A model generated the notes under the pieces. That model made no database searches and was not told where the DNA came from. It saw only the letters and a program-made list of their open reading frames with translations. Of a stretch of 64,000 nucleotides of DNA, positions 1 through 10,200 are shown piece after piece. Source of the stretch: Bacteroidales bacterium UBA5433. Lineage in GTDB: Bacteria > Bacteroidota > Bacteroidia > Bacteroidales > UBA932. Where the stretch lies: NCBI GenBank assembly GCA_002427525.1, contig DIRP01000002.1:16997-80996 (forward strand), read 5' to 3'. The number at the start of each line of letters is the position of its first letter. Within the stretch, counting starts at the first letter, position 1. Position numbers and translations under genes: made by a program.

Positions 1-276
1 TTTGCCGAGGATCTGGACATAGCCCGCCATCTGGACAGGATGCCGGAATCGCTGTCGGGAGGGGAGAAGCAGCGGGTGGCCCTGGCGCGGACCCTGGTAA
101 TCCATCCCAAAGTGTTGCTGTTGGACGAGCCGCTCTCGGCCCTGGATGCTCCGTTACGGGACCAGTCGGCCCTGTTGTTGAAAAAGGTATCCGATACCGG
201 CATTACCATCCTGCACGTGACACACGATCCGTCAGAAGTGCGCATGCTGGCTAACCGTCAGGTTGCGATTACGTAA
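1..276 (+). CDS. ABC transporter ATP-binding subunit (WtpC/ModC-like), 5'-truncated by the window edge
   Basis: Frame is open from base 1. Shows ABC signature LSGGEKQR, Walker B/D-loop [11 protein letters not shown] and H-loop VTHD. Lies next to the tungstate-binding protein gene. Confidence 0.85.
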   Translation, partial: FAEDLDIARHLDRMPESLSGGEKQRVALARTLVIHPKVLLLDEPLSALDAPLRDQSALLLKKVSDTGITILHVTHDPSEVRMLANRQVAIT

Positions 277-283
277 CGGGTTC

Positions 284-1186
284 TTATTGCCCCAAAGAGC
301 GGAGGATTTTCTGCCCTCCGTCGGGGTCTGTTAAAAAGGCGGCGAATTTTTTGGCCAGTTGCGGGTTTTCTGCATTGTGGGGAATGGTAAAGCTGTACAC
401 AATGGGAGTCCCCGTTACTACGATGGAATCTCCCGGACTGCTTCCCCTGATTTTTAGTTGTGCTTGTGCATACTGTGCTGCCAGGGCGCTGTCTCCCAGG
501 TTGATATCGTCCGGTAGTTCTATATACCGCAGGCCGTGTTGCAGGGCCACCGATTTGTATATAAACATATAATCTATGGCCTGGCTGCCCAGCAAAGCCA
601 ATAAATCCACTTCTTTAGGGCGGATAAAGCGTTGGTCTTTTTCCGTGAAATCTTGTACAGTAAAGGGGGCAGGGCCGTCTGCCGGGGTATAATATTTCTC
701 TGCCAGTTGCAGCACAAAGACGGTGCGGTAGCCGCATGGGTCGGCATGGGGGTCTGACCGCCCGTAAAAGACATGGGGCAAGCGCAGTATTTCGTACCAG
801 TTGTCAGAGGTAATGTGGTCTGCTTCCCGCGATTTGTCTGTATAGGCAATGACGATGCTGTTGGTGGCAAAGTGTTGGTTTTCCGAGGCGTATTCGGGAA
901 TAAGCAATTGGTCAATGACCAGGTAATCTGCCGAGGCCAGGATGTCGCAGGAACGTCCCAGTTCTGTGATTTTGCGGGCGCAATCTATACTGCCGGCCGC
1001 TTCCATTTTAAATTCCGTACCCGGGTACATGGTGGTAAAGCTGTCTGCCAGCGCCTTCAGGGGCATGGCCAGGCTGCCTGCATGGAAAATAACCAGTTGT
1101 TTATCCGCTTGCTGCCGACATCCTAAAAAAGGTATTGCCAGGAGTACACACAACAGCACGCGCCACTTTTTTATATATAGGTTCAT
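284..1186 (-). CDS. wtpA: Tungstate/molybdate ABC transporter substrate-binding lipoprotein (WtpA family)
   Basis: Lipobox FLGC. Motifs IFHAGSL, EAAGS, DILASAD, RSDPHADPCGYRT, RPKE and YKSVALQH are typical of WtpA. Confidence 0.85.
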   Translation of the reverse strand: MNLYIKKWRVLLCVLLAIPFLGCRQQADKQLVIFHAGSLAMPLKALADSFTTMYPGTEFKMEAAGSIDCARKITELGRSCDILASADYLVIDQLLIPEYASENQHFATNSIVIAYTDKSREADHITSDNWYEILRLPHVFYGRSDPHADPCGYRTVFVLQLAEKYYTPADGPAPFTVQDFTEKDQRFIRPKEVDLLALLGSQAIDYMFIYKSVALQHGLRYIELPDDINLGDSALAAQYAQAQLKIRGSSPGDSIVVTGTPIVYSFTIPHNAENPQLAKKFAAFLTDPDGGQKILRSLGQ

Positions 1187-1197
1187 ATATCTGTCTG

Positions 1198-2295
1198 TTA
1201 GTTTTCACTATCGGTTAATCGGATTTCGCTCAGTCCTTTGATGCTTCTGTCTGCAAAGGCGTCGCATGCCGTATAGATGGCAAAGGAGGTTCCGTCCTGC
1301 CTTAGGAGGATTTCCCGGTGGTCGTTGCGGTTCACTATTTCAGACACAGAAAAGGCTGCCCTGAAGCCGTCCACGCCGGCAACGCTCAACATGCCTGTTT
1401 GGATGGTTTTGTAATCGTCAGCAGGAAACCAGGGAGCCAGCACGTCACGGAGCATAAGTCCCGAATATTCCCGCATGCCTTTATAACCCGTACTGTTGCC
1501 GTAAAAGAGTACGGGGTACGTGAGTGTGGGAAGGCCTTTGGGAAGTGATGTCAGTACGGCGGCGGTATCTTGCAAAGACATTTGAATGGCCAGGCGCCCG
1601 GGGTCGTTTTCCAGTACTTCCGGAGCCCTGTCCACTATGTAATTTCCTTTGAGTGAGCGGATGGTAATGTGTGTGGGACACGGAATGTTCCGGACAGAGA
1701 CCAGGTCTGTGGCTGCAATCAGTTTCATTTCTGTGGGCAGGTTCCACAATTCGCCTGTTTTTCCGGGAATTACGCGTGTGACCCTTTTGGCCACTACCAC
1801 ACCGTACATGTTGGCCGTATAAAACAGTTCCCCCCAGGAGAAAACAGCCGTATCGCCTGCATCGTTCCGTACTTCTATGTACAGATCTATGGGAGGCCAC
1901 AAGTCTTCTTTGCTTTCTTTGTCTACTTTAACAGCACTTAGGATATCACACAAGGCGTACCCCTCGTACCGGAAAGCTCCCAGAAACGCGATGGAATCGC
2001 CTTCTTTGCAGTACATGGCTTCTTTAACGGTTACCGTGCGCAACGGGAACTTGGACAATTTGATTTCTGTTGCCTGTTCTACTTCGCCGTCAATTACCAG
2101 TTTTTTAGGTCCTTGCAATGTGGTATAAGCTTCCCGGTTAAAGTAATTGTTAGAGCCCGAGTTCCAGATAAGGGTAGATCCGCTTACGGCGTCCAGTCCC
2201 ACGGTAACGCAGGAAGGTGTCAGGAAGAATACGGTCAGCAGGGCGCATACCGGCAGGATGTAGGATGGCAGGTGTTTTAAAAGAATTTTTTTCAT
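1198..2295 (-). CDS. Lipoprotein with two molybdopterin-oxidoreductase-like domains, function unknown
   Basis: Signal peptide ends LTPSC. Two internal repeats (YEGYALCDIL...VFSWGELF and YSGLMLRDVL...DGFRAAFSVSEI...RSIKGLSEI) resemble the Oxidored_molyb fold. Co-oriented with wtpA, 11-bp gap. Confidence 0.55.
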   Translation of the reverse strand: MKKILLKHLPSYILPVCALLTVFFLTPSCVTVGLDAVSGSTLIWNSGSNNYFNREAYTTLQGPKKLVIDGEVEQATEIKLSKFPLRTVTVKEAMYCKEGDSIAFLGAFRYEGYALCDILSAVKVDKESKEDLWPPIDLYIEVRNDAGDTAVFSWGELFYTANMYGVVVAKRVTRVIPGKTGELWNLPTEMKLIAATDLVSVRNIPCPTHITIRSLKGNYIVDRAPEVLENDPGRLAIQMSLQDTAAVLTSLPKGLPTLTYPVLFYGNSTGYKGMREYSGLMLRDVLAPWFPADDYKTIQTGMLSVAGVDGFRAAFSVSEIVNRNDHREILLRQDGTSFAIYTACDAFADRSIKGLSEIRLTDSEN

Positions 2296-2349
2296 AAATA
2301 TATAGGTATTCTTTGTAAAGCGATTTGTGTATTGGTGTAGGCAGGGTGC

Positions 2350-2553
2350 TTATCCGCCGCTAATCAGGTGAATGATGTCCAGGCGGTCTCCGTCCTTAAC
2401 CTGAACCGAGTCGTAGGTTCCTTTGGGAACAAGCTGTCCGTTTAGTTTGACTACGAGCATTTTAAAATGGAAAGATTTTTTTTCCATAATCTGTTCAATG
2501 GTCATGGAACTTGTTTGGAATTGTTCTTTTCTGTTGTTTAATAAAATGGTCAT
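2350..2553 (-). CDS. thiS: Sulfur carrier protein (ThiS/MoaD family)
   Basis: 67-aa ubiquitin-like protein with VKLNGQLV, DGDRLDII and a C-terminal GG. Confidence 0.9.
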   Translation of the reverse strand: MTILLNNRKEQFQTSSMTIEQIMEKKSFHFKMLVVKLNGQLVPKGTYDSVQVKDGDRLDIIHLISGG

Positions 2554-3179
2554 AGGGGCTGCGGTATGTCTTTCAACAAAATTTCAAGTACCAGATCTGC
2601 CTGCATCATAGCCGTCTGGGTTACTCGCGGAGCCATCAAAGGTACGTCTTTTTGGTCGATTTCTTTTTGATGCCCGCATACATACAGGTTCCCGGCACGT
2701 TGTACCTGAACAAGGTGCGGGTCTCCCCATCCGGCAATGCCCGAACCCATAATTAAGGGGATGTGGGGGAGGTGCTGCGCCATCCAGGCAGCAAACCATT
2801 CCTTTTCCCCGGCTGCATCGAAAGCTTCTACCACAACATCGCACCCGGAAAAGAAGTTGTCGGCATTTCCGGATGTTACGCGCTCCGTAAATACCTGAAT
2901 ATCAAGGGTGGGGTTTATCCGCAACAGGTTTTCCCGCAAAGCAGCCACTTTGGTACGTCCTATTTGGTCTGTAAAATAGAATTGTCTGTTTAGGTTGTTT
3001 TGTGTAACCATATCAAAATCTGCAACAACCAGGTGTCCTATGCCGCTTCTGACCAGGGCGGCAGCTGCGTTGGATCCCAGACCTCCGGCTCCTGCAATTC
3101 CTACACGTTTTGAAGCCAGCCGGGTTTTTATATTTTGGATTACCGTCAATTTCTCTATTTTTGTAAGACAAATATACAA
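2550..3179 (-). CDS. thiF: Sulfur-carrier adenylyltransferase (ThiF/MoeB family)
   Basis: GAGGLGS nucleotide-binding motif, DFD...NLNRQ, EAFD and MAPRV. Overlaps thiS by 4 bp. The true start may be TTG at 3149, because a TATATTTG box lies at 3176-3169. Confidence 0.85.
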   Translation of the reverse strand: MYICLTKIEKLTVIQNIKTRLASKRVGIAGAGGLGSNAAAALVRSGIGHLVVADFDMVTQNNLNRQFYFTDQIGRTKVAALRENLLRINPTLDIQVFTERVTSGNADNFFSGCDVVVEAFDAAGEKEWFAAWMAQHLPHIPLIMGSGIAGWGDPHLVQVQRAGNLYVCGHQKEIDQKDVPLMAPRVTQTAMMQADLVLEILLKDIPQPL

Positions 3180-3193
3180 TTAAAAGATTTTCT

Positions 3194-5344
3194 ATGAATG
3201 CTTTACTTAATAACCGGGAAGTGCTGGCCCGGATTCCTTATACATGGAAACCGCTTGATAAAGGGTATTCAGACCAGAGTTTGTATGTGGATTTGAGTAC
3301 CTACAGTGCAGCAGTACGCCCGGTTCCACCTGAAGTAAGGGAGAAATTTATAGGCGGCAAAGGGTACGGTTTGCGTATGTTATGGGATGCCGTCACACCG
3401 AATACGACATGGAAAGATCCTGAAAATGAAATTGTTATTTCCGGAGGTCCCGTATGCGGTATTACCCAGTATGCGGGGTCGGGAAAAAGCATTTGCGTGG
3501 GGTTGTCCCCGTTGACGGAAGGGGTAGTGGATTCCAACGTGGGAGGTCACTTTGGCCCGCATTTGAAATTTGCCGGGTTTGATGCCCTGGAAGTGCAGGG
3601 AATTGCTCCGCGCGAAGTGATTGTGTATATCAACGGAGTGGACCACCAAATAGAGTTTTTTGTTCCTCCGGCAGGCATGCATATTGATTCACACCTGCTT
3701 GCTGAAGAATTGCATGAAATGTTTGCAGACAATGAGAAAGACAAGCTGAACGTATCGGTGGTGTCGGCCGGAAAGGCAGCCGATCACTCGCTTATTGGTA
3801 TGCTTAATTTTTCTTTTTATGACGTCAAACGCAAGAAAATAAGGCTTAAACAAGCCGGCAGAGGCGGATTGGGCACTTTGTTGCGCCATAAGAACGTGCG
3901 TGCTATTGTGGCTAAAGTCCCGCAAGTATCGGGGAATTTGGTGAATGTAGTGGATATGCCGGCCATTATGGAGCGTGGCAAGCGTTTTACCCGGGAAATG
4001 ATAGAGCTGGATGATGAGCAATGCCAAATGAGAAAATTGGGAACGGCTCATCTGATGGGTGTTATGGAGAAATACGACTTGTTGCCGGTGATGAATTTTA
4101 AATTCGGAGACCATAAGGATTGCCATAAGATTGATATGGAAGTCTGGAAAACTTATTTTACGCAGGGAGTTCCGGACGGTTGCTGGCTGGGCTGTACCAT
4201 GATGTGCGCCAAGGGGGTGGATGATTTTGAATTGAGAACAGGTCCCTATAAAGGAACTAAGGTGTTGGTGGACGGGCCCGAATACGAAACTGCCGCCGCA
4301 CTCGGCTCCAACCTGGCTGTTTTTGATCCGCTGTACGTTATTGAACAGAATTTCTATTGCGATACGTACGGCATTTGTACCATATCCTGGGGCAACATTG
4401 TCGCTTTTATGATGGAATGCTGGGAAGCAGGCATCCTGGATAAAGAAAAAACAGGCGGCCTGGACTTTACCTGGGGAAATGCAGAAGATGCGTTGGAATG
4501 CATGCACCAGTTGGCACGCGGGGAAGGGTTTGGTTTGGTAGCCGGCCTGGGGGTACGTAAAATGAAAGAGCTGTTTATTGAAAAAGGATGGGGCGATGCC
4601 GGTTTTCTGCAGGATATTGCCATGGAGAACAAGGGTATGGAGTATTCCATGTACATATCTAAGGAATCACTGGCCCAGCAAGGCGGGTATGCCATGACAA
4701 ACAAAGGCCCCCAGCACGACGAGGCCTGGCTTATTTTTATGGATATGGTCAACAACGCGATTCCCACGTTTGAAGACAAAGCCGAGGCGTTGCATTATTT
4801 TCCCATGTTCAGAACGTGGTTTGGTCTGGCGGGTTTTTGTAAACTCTGTTGGAACGACATAGAACCGGCAGACAATGCCCAAACAGCCGAACCCAACAAA
4901 GTTCCGGAACACGTAGACAATTACGTAACTGTTTTTAAGGCGGTTACAGGTCTGGACTTTGATAAGGAAGAACTCATCCGCATGTCGGAACGTGTGTACA
5001 ATTTCCAACGCGTATTTAATATCAGGATGGGATACGGCTTGCGTAAGCACGATGCGCAACCTTACCGTGCCTGCGGTCCCGTAACGGCGGAAGAGTACCT
5101 CTCCAGGGAGGAAAGGTATGACAAGCAGCTGAAAGAAGAAGTGGGTGTGGACCCCGCAACCATGACGCTGGATGAAAAACGCAAGGCATTACGAACCTTC
5201 CGCGAAGACAGGTACGAGAAATTGCTGGATGCCGTTTACAAACGCCGCGGATGGAACAGCAACGGGGTTCCCCGCGTTGAGTTCCTGAAAGGTATTGGTA
5301 TGGACCTGCCGGAACTCATAGAGGTTGTTGCCCCGTTGCAGTAG
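3194..5344 (+). CDS. Aldehyde:ferredoxin oxidoreductase family (tungstopterin) enzyme
   Basis: FIGGKGYG, SPLT..DSNVGG.FG..LKFAGFD, AGRGGLG, the Cys cluster GCWLGCTMMC, GPEYET, and C-terminal YKRRGWNSNGVP. Confidence 0.9.
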   Translation: MNALLNNREVLARIPYTWKPLDKGYSDQSLYVDLSTYSAAVRPVPPEVREKFIGGKGYGLRMLWDAVTPNTTWKDPENEIVISGGPVCGITQYAGSGKSICVGLSPLTEGVVDSNVGGHFGPHLKFAGFDALEVQGIAPREVIVYINGVDHQIEFFVPPAGMHIDSHLLAEELHEMFADNEKDKLNVSVVSAGKAADHSLIGMLNFSFYDVKRKKIRLKQAGRGGLGTLLRHKNVRAIVAKVPQVSGNLVNVVDMPAIMERGKRFTREMIELDDEQCQMRKLGTAHLMGVMEKYDLLPVMNFKFGDHKDCHKIDMEVWKTYFTQGVPDGCWLGCTMMCAKGVDDFELRTGPYKGTKVLVDGPEYETAAALGSNLAVFDPLYVIEQNFYCDTYGICTISWGNIVAFMMECWEAGILDKEKTGGLDFTWGNAEDALECMHQLARGEGFGLVAGLGVRKMKELFIEKGWGDAGFLQDIAMENKGMEYSMYISKESLAQQGGYAMTNKGPQHDEAWLIFMDMVNNAIPTFEDKAEALHYFPMFRTWFGLAGFCKLCWNDIEPADNAQTAEPNKVPEHVDNYVTVFKAVTGLDFDKEELIRMSERVYNFQRVFNIRMGYGLRKHDAQPYRACGPVTAEEYLSREERYDKQLKEEVGVDPATMTLDEKRKALRTFREDRYEKLLDAVYKRRGWNSNGVPRVEFLKGIGMDLPELIEVVAPLQ

Positions 5345-7192
5345 TCACTTGATGATATCCACACTTCTTTTTATAAACGTGTTCAGGGCTTCTCCTTTTA
5401 ACAGGTTGTTGGCCAGCAGGGCCAGATCACATACCTGATGTACCAGGTCTTTGTCTTTGGATTCCCTTATGCGTTCTACCAAAGGATGTTGTACGTTTAC
5501 GGCCAGGTTGTAGGATTCCGGCATAGTGCCCATAAAATTCATTCCGCCACCCAGGGCCGACATTTCACGGTAGCGGCGCATCCATTCACCTTGTGTAATG
5601 ATAACGGGCAATTGTTGTTCTCCCATGTTTTCAAAGGTTACGGTAAACGTAACGTCTTTGGGCAGGGCCTCTGTGAATAAGGCTTGCAATTCTTTTTCTT
5701 CCTCTTCCTGCATTTCCGGTTTGTCGGCTTCTTCCTTCAGGATAAGCTTTTCCGGTATGTCTGAGTCAACGCGTACAAAGCGTACGTCTTTCATCTTGGA
5801 TTCCAAGAGGTTGACAAAATGAGCCGAGAGGGGAGAGTCCAGTAGAAGTACGTCGTAGCCTTTGTCTTTTGCCGCGCTTATGTAGGCAAACTGTTCTTCT
5901 GCATGGGTCGCATACAGGTAGATCAGGTTGTTGTCTTTGTCTTTCTGGTTGGGTTCTATGAATGTGGCGTATTCGTCAAAACTCAGGTATTTTTCGTCGG
6001 TATTTTTTAACAAGGCAAATTTTACGGCTCTATCGTAGAATTTGTCTTCCGTCATCATGCCGTATTCAATGAAAAGCTTCAGGTTGTCCCATTTTTCTTC
6101 CAGGGCAGGTCGGTCGTTTTTAAAGATTTCTTCCAACCGGTCAGCCACCTTGCGTGTGATGTGTGACGAAATCTTCTTTACGTTGGAATCGCTTTGCAGG
6201 TAACTGCGCGATACGTTCAGCGGAATATCCGGAGAATCAATTACTCCGTGCAGTAAAGTCAGAAAATCCGGGACAATATGTTCGATATTGTCGGTGACAA
6301 ACACCTGATTGCAATAGAGTTGAATTTTGTTGCGTGTTACTTCCAGACGGTCTTTAATCTTGGGGAAATAAAGTATCCCGGTGAGCTTGAACGGGTAGTC
6401 TACGTTCAAGTGAATCCAGAAAAGCGGCTCTTCTGCCATGGGGTACAGTTTGCTGTAAAAAGCCTTGTAATCCTCGTCTTTCAGCTCGGCAGGCTTGCGG
6501 GTCCACAGGGGATTGGTATCGTTTACTATCCTGTCTTTGTCCAGCTCAATTTCTTTTCCGTCTTTCCATTCTTTTTCTTTTCCAAAGGCAATTTCAACGG
6601 GCAGAAAACTGCAGTATTTGTGCAGCAACATGTTGATGCTGTCTTCTTCTGCATACGATTTATGCTCGGCATACAAATACAGGATAATATCTGTTCCCCG
6701 GCTTTCCTTTTTCGTAGGTTCCATGGTATATTCCGGCGTACCTTTGCACGTCCACTTGACGGCCTCTGCTCCTTCCTGCCAGGATTGGGTGATGATTTCC
6801 ACCTTTTTGGCTACCATAAAACTGGAATAAAATCCCAGACCAAAATGACCTATAATGTTGTTTTCCTGGTCTTTGTATTTTTCCAGGAATTCACCGGCAC
6901 TGGAGAATGCAATCTGGTTGATGTATTTGTCCACCTCTTCTGCCGTCATGCCAATCCCTTTGTCAGAGATGGTCAGGGTAGCATTGTCTTTATCTGCACT
7001 TACGCGAATGGTCAGATCTCCCAGTTCTTCTTTAAATTCTCCTTTGGCAGCCAGGGCCTTGATCTTTTGTGTAGCATCTACTGCGTTGGAAATCAATTCC
7101 CTCAAGAAAATTTCATGGTCTGAATACAGGAATTTCTTGATTACAGGAAAAATGTCGTGGGTGGTTACCCCAATAGTACCTTTATTTTTCAT
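5345..7192 (-). CDS. htpG: Molecular chaperone HtpG (Hsp90)
   Basis: FLYSDHEIFLRELISNAVDA, DKGIGMT, IGHFGLGFYS, PLNVSRSYLQ. Confidence 0.97.
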   Translation of the reverse strand: MKNKGTIGVTTHDIFPVIKKFLYSDHEIFLRELISNAVDATQKIKALAAKGEFKEELGDLTIRVSADKDNATLTISDKGIGMTAEEVDKYINQIAFSSAGEFLEKYKDQENNIIGHFGLGFYSSFMVAKKVEIITQSWQEGAEAVKWTCKGTPEYTMEPTKKESRGTDIILYLYAEHKSYAEEDSINMLLHKYCSFLPVEIAFGKEKEWKDGKEIELDKDRIVNDTNPLWTRKPAELKDEDYKAFYSKLYPMAEEPLFWIHLNVDYPFKLTGILYFPKIKDRLEVTRNKIQLYCNQVFVTDNIEHIVPDFLTLLHGVIDSPDIPLNVSRSYLQSDSNVKKISSHITRKVADRLEEIFKNDRPALEEKWDNLKLFIEYGMMTEDKFYDRAVKFALLKNTDEKYLSFDEYATFIEPNQKDKDNNLIYLYATHAEEQFAYISAAKDKGYDVLLLDSPLSAHFVNLLESKMKDVRFVRVDSDIPEKLILKEEADKPEMQEEEEKELQALFTEALPKDVTFTVTFENMGEQQLPVIITQGEWMRRYREMSALGGGMNFMGTMPESYNLAVNVQHPLVERIRESKDKDLVHQVCDLALLANNLLKGEALNTFIKRSVDIIK

Positions 7193-7224
7193 AGTTGTTG
7201 CATTGTGATTTTGATGTCACCTAT

Positions 7225-7267
7225 GTCAAAAACCATTCCAACGGTACATATACTGACTATTTGTCAG
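7225..7267 (-). promoter_or_regulatory. Putative sigma54-like promoter (GG-N10-GA) plus upstream palindrome CTGAC-N5-GTCAG in front of htpG
   Basis: Minus strand reads TGGAATGGTTTTTGAC at 7240-7225. The perfect inverted repeat CTGACTATTTGTCAG is at 7253-7267. Confidence 0.45.
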
Positions 7268-10200
7268 TTTGAAAGAAATCCAGGCATTGTTGTACCAATT
7301 GTAGCCGTTCCCGGTGGCTGCTTATGGTTTCCAAAGGGAAGCCCAGCGTGATTACCTTGTAATCACCTTCCCAGGCGACGCCTGCACTCAGGCGGTTTTC
7401 CCGGTAACGTAAAATGGTATAGGCATCTTCTGTAGCCGGTTCAAAGGCATCGGGTGACTCTGCCGGGTAGGAGTGCTGGTTCAGTTGTGTATAAAAGGTG
7501 AAATCGGCTGCATGGGCCGGAATTCCTTTGTAAAATGCAGGAAAGGGAGAGGGCGAGGCAATGACTTCTCCCGTATGGGTAGCCCGGTTGCTTCTGTGTT
7601 CTACTTTTAACACTTCTTTAGCAAATTGCTGGGAGAGGGTGTCGGGTTTGGGGCCTTCCCAGAGGTCTGACGTAACGTAGGAACCGCTGAGCAGCAAATT
7701 GCCTCCGTTTTCTGCATATTTTGTCAGTTGCTGTTGCAGGGCGGCCGGGAAGGTAGCAAAGTCTGCCTTTCCTGTTTCTGTTCCGCCACGTAGTACGTGT
7801 TTTTGCTTGCCCAGGATCACGTCGATAGCAAAGTAATCCTCGTACCCCTCCGATGCGTTAAATGCATCCAGGCTGGACGTAACATACGTATATCCTTCCT
7901 GCGCAAAGCACATTCCGTGCACAATGGGGTAATCAAACGTATTTCCGGGTAAGACAGCTTTTTCCCAATCTGCATGGCTGGCTCCAAAGCCGGGTGCGTC
8001 GTCGTCTTTCCAGGGAATGGTACGGCGGAATTGAAATTGCGAGCCTATGTAGGAGATATCACGCAGGTACGGTACGCCGTGGTCTGATTTGTCCAGAAAA
8101 CCTGCAAAAAGTGTGTCTTCCGAGGCAAAACTGTCGGGAGCAGATACCCGGGTGAAGCCGTTCACAATAAGCACCTTCCCTTTTTCTTCTTCTCCGGGAA
8201 CCTTGTACAGGCTTACCGTTTCAGAAGGAAAACTTTCTCCGCCCGCGTTGACGGCAGTAACCTTGAAACTGTAATGAATTCCCGGTTCTATAGGAATCTC
8301 GGCCCGGTTAGATGCCACGTACATACCGCTGTCAAAGGGTTGGGAAAGGTCTCCTTTTCGGGTATAAACCACATAGCCTTCAGCTGTAGCCGTAGGTTCC
8401 AGTGAATCGGTTACAGGAATCCAGGTGAGCAGGGCGGTGCCGGGTGTTTTCAGTTCTACAGCCGGGGCACGGACGGGCAGGGGCTGCACGCAGTAGTCAA
8501 ATCCCAGGGAATGGCTCAGGTACCGGAGCATGCCCTTGTAAATGGCCCGGCTTACTGTAAAGCGGAACCGGGGGTCCAGTCCGTAACGCATATCGGCAAA
8601 GTTTTGGTGGGAAAGGAGTTCCAGGAGCATGGAGGGTACTTGTGCCGAGCGGCTTTCTGCATAGGAACGGTTCCATATCCCGCGCCGTGTCCAGTCGGGA
8701 TTCCATTCCCGGCGAATATCGTCAACAATCTGGGTTTGAACCAGATCTGTTAAGTCACGGGATGTCATGCGGCTGTGCCCGGTAGGGAGCAATTCTGTAC
8801 CGTCGCTGTCCCGTGTATAAATGGCCAGGGTGCCAATGATGCTGTCGTTCTTTGTTGTTCCGGCATCTGTATGGAAGGCCAGCGATAGGTCAACGGGGAT
8901 ATGCAAACCCGGATTGCCGGGGTATTTTTCCGAGCCTCCGGCCAGGGCATTTACCCACCGTCCCCGGGAAGAAAAGTCGTCGTTGTAATCGTTTGTTCCT
9001 TCATAATAGGTATAAACAGAGTCTGCAAAGCCGGCCCATTGGAGCCAGTAGCGGGATCCTTCCGTAAAACGGGGATAATTGCTGATTTGCGGGGATATAT
9101 CTATGTTACCGTAAGATGCGAGCAGAAAGGTATCCTGAATAAAACGGCCTATGTTACCCATGCCGCCGCCAAATTTTACGGCATCTGCCGTAACTACGGC
9201 ATTGACTTCCCGGCTTTCGTTGGAGAGCGTTACTTTTCCGTGCATGTTCCGGCCTTCATCAAAGAAGAACGTACCCAGGTAAACCCAGGTGCCTCCGCCC
9301 ATTTGCTGGTTTACACGAAACACATCTTTCCCTCCTTTGTGGTGAACGGTATAGCGTGCATCCCGTGCACTCTCCGGGATACTGGCATAGGAAACATATA
9401 CGGCGTATTCTCCGGCCTGTGGGATTTGAGGAACCCATTCGGCAAAAGCCGGTTGCATGGACGCCCTTTTGCTCAGGTTTGGGTTGTGGGTGGTGACTCT
9501 GCGGTACGTACCCATCCGGAACGGGTTGTCCACATGTGTGTAGACGTCTTTCTTATTGGCAAACCCGCGGGGGTCTGTTTCATCGGTACGCCACAAGTAG
9601 GTACCGGATTGTTCGCTGTAGCCGCTGGATGGGTCGTCGTTGTCCACCAGGACTTCGTGCACCTGCGTATCCCGTTCCCGTGGCAACAGGACGGTGGCTC
9701 CCGCGTTTTCCAGCATAGGTACAAGAAAAGGCAGTACATACGACATAGTATAAAGATCCTCAACGGTTTGGAACAGGCGTGCCCGCTGCCATTCCCACCG
9801 GGCCAGCTTTTGTTCGTAATACAGGCCGTGGCTGTGCCACAAGGCAATATGCCTGTTTTGCAGTCCGTTGGTTATGTTGTAGGGTTTATTTTCTTTTATA
9901 ATAAGCGGAGTTGGTCCCAGGTCCGGCCACTGGTGCCGGTTGCGTTTGCGCATATCTTTTTTCTGCTGTTCCAGTGCTTTCTCTTTTTGCCGGTTGACAG
10001 CTGCCTGACGGGCTGCCAGCTGTTGCTGCAGGGCTATTTCTTTGGGTGTACCTTGTCTCGGCTTTTGTTGTACCGGGGGTTTTTTGCCGGGATTAACGGC
10101 AGCTGCATGGTCTTTTTTGTTTTTATCCAGTTGTTTTTTTGTCAGCGGTTGGTATTGCGTGTTGTAATAGGCCGGTATGAGTTCTTCCAGCTTTTTCCCG

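Noticed and set aside
3689..7123. Long antisense ORFs (3689-4507, 6278-7123) opposite AOR and htpG
   Set aside because: Antisense shadows of well-supported genes.
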